Shown here one piece after another: positions 13,996 through 26,783 of a stretch of DNA of 64,000 bases. A program made the translations under genes and the position numbers. The stretch is taken from positions 868,001 to 932,000 of the forward strand of contig JBHGNT010000021.1 of the NCBI GenBank assembly GCA_043228905.1, in the 5' to 3' direction. The DNA comes from Azolla caroliniana. Its lineage: Eukaryota > Plantae > Polypodiophyta. The notes beneath the pieces were generated by a model. The model was given only the letters and a program-made list of their open reading frames with translations. It had not been told where the DNA came from and made no database searches. The stretch's first letter is position 1. The number at the start of each line of letters is the position of its first letter.

Positions 13996-14050
13996 GAAGA
14001 AGTCTGCCTCTGCGCGCTCTTCGACTTACGCAGTTACGTGCAAAACGACC

Positions 14051-14097
<47 letters not shown>

Positions 14098-14200
14098 CGC
14101 AGAAAGCTTCTTCATCTTAGCCATGGAAAACCCTCTCTCTTGTACATAAAACCTGCCTCAATTTCTCACTCTCACAAATTTCCCTTCATAACCCATCTCG

Positions 14201-14236
<36 letters not shown>

Positions 14237-14415
14237 CTTCACCTTTGTTATCTTCCATCTTATTATTTCTAAAGCCAAACACTGATCTAAAGAAACTCTG
14301 TTCTCCCTCTCCCTATTCGTCTTCTCTGAATAAAACCAGAGCTTATATTATATTTACTGTGCAATTCTTTCTCTCTCTCTCTCCCCCACACAGACATACA
14401 CACACACACACACTA

Positions 14416-14460
<45 letters not shown>

Positions 14461-14490
14461 ACACCCACACCCACACACACATACATACAC
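13799..14490. repeat. Microsatellite cluster of (CT)n, (GA)n and (CA)n in the COBL promoter and 5' UTR
   Basis: Long dinucleotide tracts at about 13799-13841, 13943-13991, 14054-14092, 14204-14232 and 14400-14490. Confidence 0.95.
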
Positions 14491-14505
14491 ACTCAGACAC
14501 ACGCA

Positions 14506-17500
14506 ATGAGTATTTTTCTTCTTCTTCTACCTCTCTCTCTTCTCGCCTTCATCTCTTCTTCTACACAAGCGCAGACATTCAACAACATCTCGCAGACTTG
14601 CAACTCGAGTGTCGGGATCATATACAAACTCGAATCGATCACAAGGTCTTATCCATATGTAACCGACCTTACAAAACAACCCTATGCTTTCAAGGCCACG
14701 CTAGACATCTTCAACGCAGGGGAAGAAGACTTAAAAGGATGGGACATATTCATCAATTATGTGAATGGGGAGATCCTCGTCGATGCCGGAGGATCCCTAG
14801 TGGCAGATGGTTCTTCATTTCCTTATAATGCTAGCAATGGTGTTATATTGACCAGTTCAGGGACGCTTAAGACAGGTATTGAGACGGCCAATGATTTCTC
14901 ACAAATGGGTGTTAGCCTCAGTTTGCTGGGTACCGAGTTTGGGAAGAATGAGAGCTCTTTGCCTACTAATATAACTCTCCTTGATTCGAGTTATGAGTGT
15001 TCAAATCCCGTTACTTCTATACCAGGTCTGTGTTTCTATATCCATTGGTCATTGTTTAACAAAAGAACAGTGTTTTCTAACGTTTTCCAAAAATAAGATG
15101 TATATTTTCAGGCATCAGTAATAAGGACTAACATTAATTTATATTTCGGCCGTGTCTAATGTTTCTTTTATCCATTCTCATGATAACCATTTTCCTGAAT
15201 TCTTAGGTGCAATATTATTTTTTGGTTAAATTGATCAAAATACCACCAAAATGATTTAGTGTCTAATGTTTCTTTTATTCTTTCTCATGATAACCATTTT
15301 CCTGAATTCTTAGGTGCAATATTATTTTTTGGTTAAATTGATCAAAATACCACCAAAATGATTTAGTGTCTAATGTTTCTTTTATTCATTCTCATGATAA
15401 CCATTTTCCTGAATTCTTAGTTGCAATATTATTTTTTGGTTAAATTGATCAAAATACCACCAAAATGATTTAATTGCTCACTGAATTTATCATAATGCAC
15501 ACCCTTCACAAAATTTAAATGATCAAATTACCTTTTCTTTCTCTTTCCTTTTTCCTCACACTCCTACTTCTTGAAAGCTCCTTTGACAATGCCTTCTCTT
15601 CCCTCTTATCAACAATATTCTTCTTGTCTCTAAAACACTAGGGTGTCAGTGAATTGTAGAATAGGTTTTAGTGTCTGTGGAAACTATGGAAACTACGATC
15701 CTAGTGAAGAGGGGGAGTCCAGCAAGATAATGCGAAGTGAAACAAAAGGGTAGTTTGATCATTTCACCGTTTCAAGGTATTGTTTTGTTTCAAGGTGTAG
15801 GTACAAAATGTCGTCTTTTTTTGTTGTTGTTGTAACACCATTGCTATTCCTAGGTGAGTGGGTAGATTCGTCAATTCTCTAATCATATTTTGAATCTTGA
15901 TGCATATGCTTTCCATAGGCCGGGTGTTTTCATTTACTAATACCAATCATTTCTTTTTCTTATAAAACATCTTATGCCTTTGTGGTGTTTTGATTGATTG
16001 TTTTTTATTTACTGATTGCCATTTTGATGCGTCAATGGTAGTTCTTAGCTTGATCACTTCTTTTTGGTTTTGGTGGTTCAGTTTATTTTTTATACTGTTT
16101 TGATTGCCTCAGCACTTTGGGTCAGAGTTGTTTTGTTTTCCGATACCTTGGTTTTTGCACTGTTTTTGTTCTCTTTCTGATGCTATTTTGTTTTCCTAGA
16201 CCATTCCAATTTCATTACAAGTCTTTTGTTGCAGGTGGAAATTTAGATCCAATGTCTTGCTCCCTGATTTACAACTACGCACACCACTCTTCTGCATTCA
16301 AGTCTTGTTGTTACACATTTAAATAATAACTTGATAATTGGTTCTTGTATAGGAGGCTGTAATTGTGACCTGTATATTTATATAAATATATATTCAAGTA
16401 TTTTATTCCTGACTTGTGCAGATGGAACCATTCAAACATGTTGTACTAAAGTGAACTCTACAATTGTGCTAGCACAAAATACATATTTGCCACGATATAC
16501 AGGTGATATCACTATCTCTTATGATGTGCTCAAAGCTGCAGCAAATCAATACTCGGCACAGGTTACTATGTCAAATGATAACCCAACTGGGAGGTTGGAC
16601 TATTGGAACTTACAATGGACTTGGGAGAATGGAGAATTCATCTATTCAATGCGAGGTGCCACCACCACTGACCAAGATCAAAATGAGTGTATCTTCGGAG
16701 ATGCTGGAACATACTATGCTAGTGTGGATTTCTCTCAAGTCACTAGTTGTACGATAAGCCCAACCATCATTGATCTAGACCAATATAAAGCCAATGATTC
16801 AACAGTAGGGAAACTTGACTATTGTTGTCGGAATGGAACGTTATTGCCGGCTCTTCAAGACCCGACAAAGTCAAAGTCAGTATTTCAGTTACTTGTGTTC
16901 AAGCTTCCTCCTCAGAATCAGAATAGCACACTTATCGATCCTCCTATAAACTGGAAACTGAATGGAACATTCAATGCGGATTATACATGTGGGCAGCCGA
17001 GATTGGTTGAGCCAACTGTTTATGCCGATTCGAGCACTCCCCAGAGGTCAACATCAGCAGTTATTACCTGGCAAGTTACGTGCAACCTGACTGTGACGCC
17101 ACCACCGATCCCAAAATGTTGTGTATCTTTCTCAGCTTATAACAATGCATCAGTCGTGCCTTGCAAGACATGTGCATGTGGCTGTAGTGCTGCTCAAACT
17201 TCTTCTTCTACATGCAATTCATCGGCTGAAGCTTTATTGATTCCAGTGGAGCTTGCCACTGTGCCGGGTGTGAATCGAACCGCGAAGACTCTTGCATATT
17301 ATGAGCTTAATCAATGGAATATCCCTCAAGTACTACCATGTCCTGATAATTGTGGAGTTAGTGTGAATTGGCATCTTGTGTCAGACTATACCGATGGCTG
17401 GAGTGCAAGAATGACTATTTTTAATTGGCAAGGGTTGCAGTTTTCTGATTGGTCGGCTGCAGTTGAGCTTGGTTCAGTTGTTTATCCTGGATTCCAACAA

Positions 17501-17800
17501 GCGTATAGTTTTAATTATACGAATACGGGTAACAATACTGTCTTGTTATATGGTCTAGCAGGGCTGAACTATCTGAATGGGATATATGACAATTATCCCG
17601 GGATTCAGCAATCAGTTCTATCATTCACATTGCAAGGAGTGTCTGGTAATGTAACAACACGAGATTATTATCCAACAAAGGTCTTCTTTGATGGGAATGA
17701 GTGTACTATGCCAGATATATTACCTATAAGTTGTGCTCAAGAGGTTCTTCCGAGCATGCTCTGTGTAATCATTATACTTTTATTTCTTCGACTTCTGTAA
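14506..17800 (+). CDS. COBL: COBRA-like GPI-anchored cell-wall protein, COBL7 subgroup with N-terminal extension, about 632 aa, 2 exons
   Basis: Exons 14506-15025 and 16422-17800, joined in phase 1. It has a signal peptide (MSIFLLLLPLSLLAFISSSTQA), QPYAFKAT, GDITISYDV, GRLDYWNLQWTW, CCRNGTLLP, the CCVS motif, CPDNCGVSVNWH and PTKVFFDGNEC, and ends in a hydrophobic GPI-type tail. Confidence 0.95.
15152..15472. repeat. 107-bp x3 near-perfect tandem repeat in the COBL intron
   Basis: The unit gtgtctaatgtttc...caccaaaatgattta starts at 15152, 15259 and 15366. Confidence 0.95.
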
Positions 17801-18322
17801 GACATGCACTGCTTTTACACACAATCAGTTTTGGCTCATTAGAGACTATGTGTTCATATCAGAGCAGGAGATTCACTTTATTCTTTGTAAATAACATATG
17901 ACCTGGTTAAATAAAACATTAATGTTTCGTGGTGAGCCTTGGTGTGTATGGGATGTAAAGGTAGTCTTGCAATAAATAATAACACGATTTGAGCTCTGGT
18001 GATAGCATGATTTTGACATTTTATGTAGTCTTGTCACAGCACAGAAGTTTGATTTTCTAACCTTGTTAAGGGGATCTTCATGACTACTTTATCATGATAA
18101 CTTGCGACTACTTCATCTCTTCATTTTTGTAAAAAAATCATTATAGATGAAAATTTCCAAGCAATGGGTTTCAAACATAGAATTTTGCGCAAAGGTTTTA
18201 ACCTCCTTTCAAAAATACAAAACTACGAAATACTTTACAGTTTGAATATCTCTTCATTTGGTGCCATCTTCCTTGACAAAGACCAAGTTAGCACAGGATA
18301 GTGTCATTGCAATACAACACCC

Positions 18323-18398
18323 TTGTGCATTCAAATATAAGAAGGAACATGGTAGAACACTTGTGCATTCAAATATAAGAAGGAACATGGTAGAACAT
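18323..18398. repeat. Tandem duplication, 38 bp x2
   Basis: ttgtgcattcaaatataagaaggaacatggtagaaca occurs twice. Confidence 0.9.
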
Positions 18399-18508
18399 AC
18401 AAGCCCAAAGATTCTGTTCATTTAGTAACATTGATCATTAAACAATATTGTCATCAACATAAATAATATTATCTTGTCCACTTGACTATCATCACCCACA
18501 ATCTTACT

Positions 18509-18944
18509 TTTTCTTGGTGTGAAACAAAGAATTATGTCACCACAATTTTGAATAAAAGAGATCAGAAGAAATGCACAGCAATAACAAATCATGAGAAATG
18601 CTAAGTAATAACAGATTATGAGAAATGCACAATTAGCTATATATTATACTGTTGAATTTTGAATTAGTGGACGATATATTACTGGAAAAGAATTTAGAGA
18701 TTATAGTAGTTTACTGAGGTTGGGCATAGGAATTTAGAGATTGTAGTAGTTTTCTTGGTGTGGAACAACGAATTATGTCACCACAATTTTGAATGAAAGA
18801 GATCATGAGAAATGCACAGTAATAACAGATCATGAGAAATGCACAATTAGCTATATATTATACTGTTGAATCTTGAATTATTGGACGATATAATACTGGA
18901 AAAGAATTTGGATATTGTTGTAGTTTACTGAGGTTGGGCATAGG
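18509..18944. repeat. Imperfect tandem duplication (about 200-240 bp) between the convergent COBL and kinesin 3' ends
   Basis: tttcttggtgtg.aacaa.gaattatgtcaccacaattttgaat...tagtttactgaggttgggcatagg occurs at about 18509-18730 and 18750-18944. Confidence 0.85.
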
Positions 18945-19165
18945 TAGGCCACGAACTTGTTATAGTTGGGCCTTCTACCATAAAAAAATTTGAATCAAAG
19001 GTGAGGAGGATAATAAGTTTGATCCTCTCAAATGTATAGGAATTAACAGATGTGAGCAAGGTAAGGGTTTCAAGACAAAGAAACCAATCACATCCTTTCA
19101 ATTGACTGGAATTGGCAAAAACAGGATTTGTTTCTGAGATCAGAAACCACGAATGTGTGTTGTTG

Positions 19166-22100
19166 CTACATCCATCTCTTTGATGACTTTTGAATGGAGA
19201 CAGCTGGAGCCGCCGATTGCCGGGGAATTGTGGCTTTCGCATAGCATTCGACAGTGCCCCCTTCCGAAGAAACTAGCGCATAAAGCAATTAATGGATCAA
19301 TCAGTGGCATTATTATAGATAATGCAACATAGCATTCATAATTTACTACTTGCAGAAGACATCAGAAGATAGCAATTGAGCATTCGCAAGCAAAGAGATA
19401 CGAAACCAAACATTCACCACACAACATAGTATTTAAGGCAAACATAGAAATAACCCGAATTATACACAACATAGCATTCATATAAAGAATTGAAAGTTTC
19501 GCATGACTATTCCCCATACATGACATTAGTATCAATATGCAACCAAACATTGCTTTGTCATGATCTAAAGATGAACCATAACATTAACATAGACATGAAT
19601 AGTTATCCTAATATATAAACAGTAGATCAATGGCAATGGGATGCAATATAGTATGCATACCTGCTATGAGCTTTGCCTCAAGTGTAGTGCTGCTCACATT
19701 TCTTGTTCCTGCTGCTTTCTTTGCATGGGAACCAGTCAAAGAAAACCTCCTTGATCGCCTTACAGCACTATTTGTATTAGCATCCACTTTGAACAATGTA
19801 TTCGGAGATTGTTTGGTGGTAGCCAACCTAACAATAGCAACAAAAAACACCATTATTCACAATTGCTCATTCTCTCTGTAAAATGGTTTCCATTTTGTCG
19901 TTCACTGTATATATTGATTATGCTCATTCACTCTATTAATGTCCCTCTCATTTTGTCGTTTTCCATTTCATTCTGTAAGCTACAGAAATTACCTCTTTTC
20001 TGCACTTTTCTTGTTTCCCTTCATTTCCTGGACAGATTCAGATGTGGCAATAGCAACACTAGGGTTTGCCCCTGGTTTCGGACATGTTTCATCATCTTCA
20101 GAACACTCACTGGCAGCACTTTCCTCCACTTTTAGATCGTTTTGCCCAGTGAATAGAGGGGAATCCATGTCTACTTGTTTGGAGAAGTGTTTTAAATGCG
20201 ATCCTTGTAGATGTAGAGGTCTATCTTCATTATCCTTTCTTCCACTATTGAATACCATGGTAACCCCTTCAGGTACAAATTTCTCTGCGGGTGTGGAAGC
20301 TATCGCAGAAGATTCTCGAATGTCAGTTCCTTTCTTCATTGGTGATTCTAGCAAACTCTCTCTTCGGATCTTATTCTTGCTTGTGACTCGGCTGGAGGAA
20401 ATTACTTCCAATTCATGACCAGGAGAACTCAAGTGTTCTGTGTAAGCAATAGCTTGCCTAGGAAGCTTGACTGCTTTCCGTTTACATGAATCCTCGTCTG
20501 GCTTTTGTTTTACATAATCTTCATCCATAAAGTCATTATCAAAGACACTCGGAGAAGATATTTCTACACCTGAAGCATGTTTTTGTACTGTATTGATATT
20601 GAGTGGGCTTGGCCGAACCTGATAATACATAATGTGCACTTTACAATTGGAACAATCAAAAAATTCATACATGCAAAGAAAATGTACACATCCTTACATC
20701 CGAATTTCGCACCTCTTCCAAGGGCTGTCTTCGTTTGCCTTGTCCACTCTGTCCCGTCTGTTGTGGCATAAACTCCCCACTTGTTCTCATCTGTTGAATC
20801 TGACCAGGTGAACACCCAGACTTCAACTTGCCCTTTTCGTGTACACTATCAATTGGTTTTATTTTCATTTCCTTGGGTATTCTTTCTGCTTCTACATCCT
20901 TCTTCGCTAGAACATCTTTCAAAAATGCTATCTGGACAAATGATTAAACATGTCAATTTCTAAACTCAATGTGGTGTACAGAATGATTTTAGATGGAGTC
21001 AAAGGAGATTAGACTGCTTTGCCTGATCCTTAAGATCTCGAACTTCTCCGCTCTCTTTGTGTGACTGAGCAGCACCCAGTTCCACTGTAGCCACCCTTTC
21101 TGCGAACTTTAAGGTGCTTACTGTTTCAGAATATGATTCTTCGTCTGGACTTACATGCACAAACATAAGAGTTTTGGCTTGACCACCTACAATAAATTAG
21201 AAGAAAATTTACTGTTAACCAAAAAAGACATACCAAGAGCTTTCAATTCACTCTACTTGCAATCATGCCTTGAACTAGTTCTACCTAAAGAATCTTGAAG
21301 CAACTGTGTCAACTTGCTGTTTCTGTAGGGAACATGAGCAGTCTTTTGGGCAAGCGCAGCAATAACATCACCCAAAGCAGAGAGGGATTTGTTAATGTGT
21401 TGAGCTTCTTTCAACCTATCTCCTGTCACCTCTGACTTGTCGACTCTCTCACTTCCTGCGAGGTCGACCAGGTGAAGACATCCACGAAGGATAGCTCCAG
21501 ATCCTAGGTCTGTACCTCTCACATGCACTGTCAAAACACTGTAGTGCAAAATATGATAACGTGAGGACAATGCTTTCTTGAAGATCTCGGTCTCAAAACA
21601 GGCCTTTAATAATTTCAAACCTGTGAGATCGACTGCTTCGGTCATTTAAGGCAGTAGAACCCACTGCACGATTCTTATGCCCAAGATTCATGAATTCCAT
21701 AACATCTTCGGTACATTTAACAGACAGCATCGTGGCATCTGGGACATTGAGTCCGTTTTGTTGAGAATTATTCCGAATCTCTAACGTTTTATTCAGTTAA
21801 GGCTTTTCAACCACATAGCTAGCATACAGTTATAATAAGCAATTATCTACATAGCAAGCATGCATCAAACACATAGCGTGATGTGCTGCCTCTTCCATCC
21901 CGAAGTAACGGCATTTTCAAACTAGGCTTCTAAAAACATAACCTTACCGTGACAAGCGTTCAAGAGCCAACAAAAGCTACTTTCTCAATGAGGAAATTTC
22001 CAAATTAAAACCTATGGTATATAAACCAACATGAAACCATGGAAAGGATATTTTTTGTTAGAACCATCAGAACACAGAAGATCCCGCACTTGTTCGTTAT

Positions 22101-25100
22101 AAATCTCCATCATTTGAACTCCAACTTCATACTTCATAAACCCATCCCTTTTCTGAGATAGTTCAAATAGATCATTTAGTGCTCGAAAATTCACACCCCA
22201 GTCATTTGGTGATGGGTTGTTTGGGCCCGTCTGCAAAAGTTGCATATGTAATTTGAGAAGAATTCAGCAAGAGGAAAAGGACAACCGATGTCTCAACACC
22301 TATCTGAATGCTATAAACTAACCATAGTGAAGGTCTTCCCGGATCCAGTTTGGCCATAAGCAAAAATGCATACTTTGAAACCGTCCAAAACCGACCTTAT
22401 TAGTGGTTGCGTGTCGAGGAAAACTTCCGCTGCAATATACCATTCCTTAATATAATACAAGACTTTAAACATCTGTACATTCCGTTTCTAGTCAAAACTC
22501 ATACAAGGACCTACCTTGTCCTGCAGTGGGTCCAAACACTTTATTGAATTTGAAGAGTTTGCGTTGATCTTTCCCTTGTTTGTTGGGGTGTGCAATCATT
22601 ATGGATCCTTTCTCTCCCACAAAATCCACTGTGCTATGACTGTCACTTTGTCCTGGCAAAAAGGGCCTTACCCTACAGTATACCCTGATATTTCCTGGGA
22701 TTCAATCACAATAGAATGTTCTTAAGCAATCCACATGTTCTGTAAGCTGTCCTACGTGAGATTGAAGAATTACCTTTCAGATCTTGAACTTGGTTGTAAA
22801 GCTCTCTATTCTCAGCGACTACTTTGTGGTATTCAGCGGCAGCTTGAGCAAGGCCATGGAGTTTGGTATCTGGCGCATTCATTATAAATCTCAGAACAAA
22901 GGCCCAGTTTCACAAAAATTTCCATCCAAAACATTTCGAACTAATCAATAGATCATACCAGCAGCTTCCATTTCCTTTCTCCATTGCTCTTTAGCATCCT
23001 CTATCTCGTCCCTGGTGCTTTCCAGTAATTGCTTTACATCCTTCACAGACATAAAACCACGTTCTCAATGTTTGAGACTACATTTGACGGGAAAAACTTC
23101 AAAATTCCCCAATCGTATGGATTGAGGAAATAGAGGTTGCATTCTCCATTCTATTGCTCAAATAGCACATACAATTGACAAATTGGGAATAAATTGATCA
23201 TATAACTGTTCAAATTGCACATCTATCTAATTAATTGCTCAAGAGAGGGTTGACCAATGACATCTGAGAAAAATCACAGGCGTTTAGATAAATTAAGAAA
23301 AAGTTGTGGTTAGTTTAGGTTTTCTTCCACTTAAAACAATATGTTTATGCCAGTAAAGGTAAACCACCTTGAGTTCTTTCTGTTGTGACTCTAAAATATT
23401 GGCCCGTCTCTGGTTAACTTTCTGTGCCTCTTCTAGCTCCATCTTCAAGTCGTTCAGATTAGCATGATCTCCTCCTAATTGATCTATTGCAGCAGCGGCA
23501 TGATCCTCCCTCATTGCCTTGTGGTTTCTCTTGCACTTAAAAAGTTCATATACAAACTTTCTTCAGATTTCACAGTGAAAGTGAATACAACGAACTTTAT
23601 CTCATATTATTAATGACTTCATCTCATATTATTAATGACTTCATCGACGAAACGTACCTGTGTTGCTGAGAGTCTGCGTTTAGATTCTTCCAAAACTTTC
23701 CGTAACATCACCTCAACAAGCTGTAGATGTACACCTAAGGAATGATTTCTACGAAGCAAAATACCAATTTGTAAAGAAACTAATCTTAATCTTTACTAAC
23801 CACAGGAACCTCTTCTGGCTTCTTATCGTGCAAAGCTAACATGATCAACTTCGCAGGGAACTCAGTTGAAACACTCTGTCAAGAGAAAGAATCGCTGTGT
23901 AAAAGGAAACCGTTTGTAGCCTATAGACATTCACCTAATCAGTTGTATTTCGATTACAAACTCAGAAGTATACCTCTAGACATATAGGTGTGTGAGGCAT
24001 TTCATCACAGGCTTCTAGTGTGTCCATGCCCTTAATATCGGTGGCATCATTGAACCGCTGGATCACATATTGCTCCCATGTAGCAGTAAAATCTGAACGG
24101 ACATAGGAGAGACCCAATTTAGCTACCATACAAGACAATACATTACATGCAAAGTACAACGCAAATGAAACTAATTACTCTTTAGCAAGCAGAACGAGAT
24201 AAGGAAGGATCAGCAGGAAAGCCATTAAACATTGATGAGAATAAATGCACTAAACTGAATGAGATGCATCATTTTTTATGCGAATGCTCCTAATTAATTA
24301 TTAGAAATTAATAAGAAAGAAGGGAGCAAAGTGGATCTTAACCATCATAATTCATACCAGCATTAGACAATTCCATCTCAGTTGAATTGAGTTCGCCATC
24401 AGTAGACTGCCCTCTGGAATGTCCCAATGTCACCTTTTGAGTAGTAGTTAAGGGACTCCCCCATTCATCGAAAAGGTTCTTATTCGTACCATCCAGTGTC
24501 AACGGTTTGCGAGACGGGCAGTGTGGTCGAGATGATTTATGCTCCGCAGATGCAAGCCTAGTAAAGGATTTGAGAGAACATGGAGATTTGTTGGGTACAA
24601 ATTTCCATAAGCTATGGCCTCCACGGAGCTGCCATTCTTGGTAAGCCTTTAAGGCTAAAATACAATCTACAACTCTAGCTGACGATAACCCTGTCTGTAA
24701 GCTGTCCCCCTAAAGGATCATAAATCACACAATAAAAAGCAAATTTTAAGGCAAAGGTCAAAAGGAAAATTCATTTTTCTTTTGTAAAGGTTTAGCTGTG
24801 CAAAGTTGATTGATAATTAGCCCGACACAAAATGGATAAAGATTGCGAAAAAAAAAGCGTATAATGTATATGCAAGGTAACAAAGCAATTTACTTTGTCC
24901 AGATCGGATGCTTGAAAGGAAGGTAGATTCAGTTCCTTCACAGCTACGAGAAAGTTTCTGACATTCTCGAAGTATTGATATGCAGAGAGTGCTACGCCTT
25001 GAGGCGGAGGGCTGGAAGGTGCTGGGTTTTCTACTATCTGAGACAGAAAATCAACTACGTCAACAATTTAAAGCACAGATAAAGATAATAAATTCCATTC

Positions 25101-26136
25101 CATCAGACAGATAGATTAACACAGGAACCCATAGGAAGAGTTGTGTATACATATAATTGGACAGGAACATAAGACGTTTTCTCAGACATATATATGATCA
25201 TTGATGTGCGATACAACGTCGATGTTTCCTCGTATACAATATTGCATATTTCTATATTCAAAATTGCACCTTCAGGACTGCCCCGGGATGGATTTTGTTG
25301 ATGAGATTGCACAGGACGAGTCCATTTCTTAAGCTCAGGCGGAGCTCCTCCTCTGATGGTTCCCTAGGCAGATCGGGTAAAGGACCAACCATATTATGCA
25401 GCCATGATGCAGCCTGAAATCTTCTAGCCGCTGCAAAGGATTATACATGAGTATCTTCATTTAGATGCTCGGAATAAAGAAAGCGTCGAGTCTTCGGTGT
25501 CCATGTCTGTACGCGTAAGAGAGAGAGAGAGAGATAGAGAAACTATGGACGGCAAGCAATGTTGGAACAGGCATAGTGGAAGAATAATAAGCATTACGAG
25601 ATGCCATTCATGTGTTTCAGGGAAAACAAGCATGTGGCATATAGTAAGGATAGAATTAGAATTCAAAAATATGAACCATAAGGATCCTGATTCAGATACT
25701 GTAGGAATAGAGAAAAAGGCATACAGGGAGTGAGCATGCATCCGTATGTGATAGAGAGGAAGAGATAATGTGCTCCTGACAATTGCCATAAGAATTAACT
25801 GAGAGAGAGAGATAGAGAGAGAAAGAAAGAGTCGCGTACCATAACTATGACGATGAACTGACACATAGAAAGAGTATAAGCATTACCTGATTCATTCGCT
25901 TTCCTAGATGCCAGATTCACATCGCAACTCGTGTTTCCTGCAACTCTAAGCTCATTCGGTTCGCAATGAGGAAGGAAAGATGAGGAATAGGAAGGAATGG
26001 CTTTGGATGGAGTCTGATTGCATGACGGCGGACTAGTTGCACTCATATCCATACTATCAGTACTGGTACTGGAGCTCCTTAACTCAGGCGTAGTACTTTC
26101 TTCCACTCCTTCTGCATTACCGATCCGCCGTGCCAT
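19166..26136 (-). CDS. KCH: Kinesin-14 with an N-terminal calponin-homology domain (KCH type), about 1230 aa, 20 exons
   Basis: Exons on the minus strand: 26136-25887, 25430-25270, 25037-24894, 24709-24358, 24092-23974, 23875-23801, 23720-23658, 23535-23368, 23040-22959, 22869-22774, 22694-22515, 22429-22323, 22230-22052, 21785-21621, 21538-21285, 21186-21023, 20931-20698, 20618-19993, 19827-19661 and 19272-19166. Phases are consistent (3693 nt). Motifs: CH domain [19 protein letters not shown]...YFENVRNFL, neck [22 protein letters not shown]-loop [24 protein letters not shown] and [19 protein letters not shown]; it ends KRWM*. Confidence 0.95.
20932..21022 (-). other. GC-AG intron in the kinesin gene
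   Basis: The downstream exon ([11 protein letters not shown]) needs phase 0. The only phase-0 donor before an in-frame TGA is CAG|GCAAAG. Confidence 0.75.
21786..22051 (-). other. U12-type AT-AC intron in the kinesin motor domain
   Basis: The 5' site is ATATCCTTT, the branch point CCTTAAC lies about 10 nt from the end, and the 3' terminus is AC. Splicing restores ...[12 protein letters not shown]... Confidence 0.92.
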
Positions 26137-26513
26137 GGCTGTCCTTAGCTGACTGAGAGTAGATTTGCTTCGACACGGTCTTCCCGCTGGAAAACGAAGA
26201 TGCAGCGAGCACAGGATTGAGAAGGAAGGCTGAATTGAAAATGCAACGAGGTAGAGCTAGGGAAGGATCACGGCTATGGCGGAAGAGTGATGGTACCAGT
26301 TTTGGATGGGATCAAGCAGAGGATTGGGAGGGGATTTACGAAGAAGAGATCGATCGGGTGGCGCCTTTACGTAGAGATCAGCAGAAGCTGAATCGGGAGA
26401 AGGAGATTAAGAACAGGAGGAGAAGAGATTAAGAGAGAGCAGACAGAAAAAGAGCGAAGCAGAAGACGAAGAAGATGAAGACGAAGATGAAGAAGAAGAT
26501 GAAGACGAAGCAG

Positions 26514-26569
<56 letters not shown>

Positions 26570-26629
26570 AATTCATGAAGAAAACAGTGAAAATACCAAA
26601 AGGCCCCCGACCAGCCAATCCCATACCGC

Positions 26630-26783
26630 CACGTGCCGCTCCACCTCGGCTCAAACGGTCATTTATCCGCCTCCCTAGACGGCCGACGTGTCTCGCCCCG
26701 CTAGCGGCACGTGGCGATTATGCCTTGCCACGTCGGACAACCTCCGAGGTGGCCCCCTCCACGTCATCGGGCCGGCCCACGTC
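26630..26783. promoter_or_regulatory. GC-rich cluster of ACGT-core (G-box/ABRE-like) sites upstream of the kinesin
   Basis: Six ACGT cores: CACGTG at 26630 and 26708, GACGTGTC at 26685, and CACGTC at 26729, 26760 and 26778. There is also one MSA-like AACGG at about 26654. Confidence 0.5.

Noticed and set aside
14038-14505. N-terminal 156 aa of the 352-aa ORF
   Set aside because: This is read-through of (CT)n and (CA)n leader sequence. The signal peptide starts at ATG 14506.
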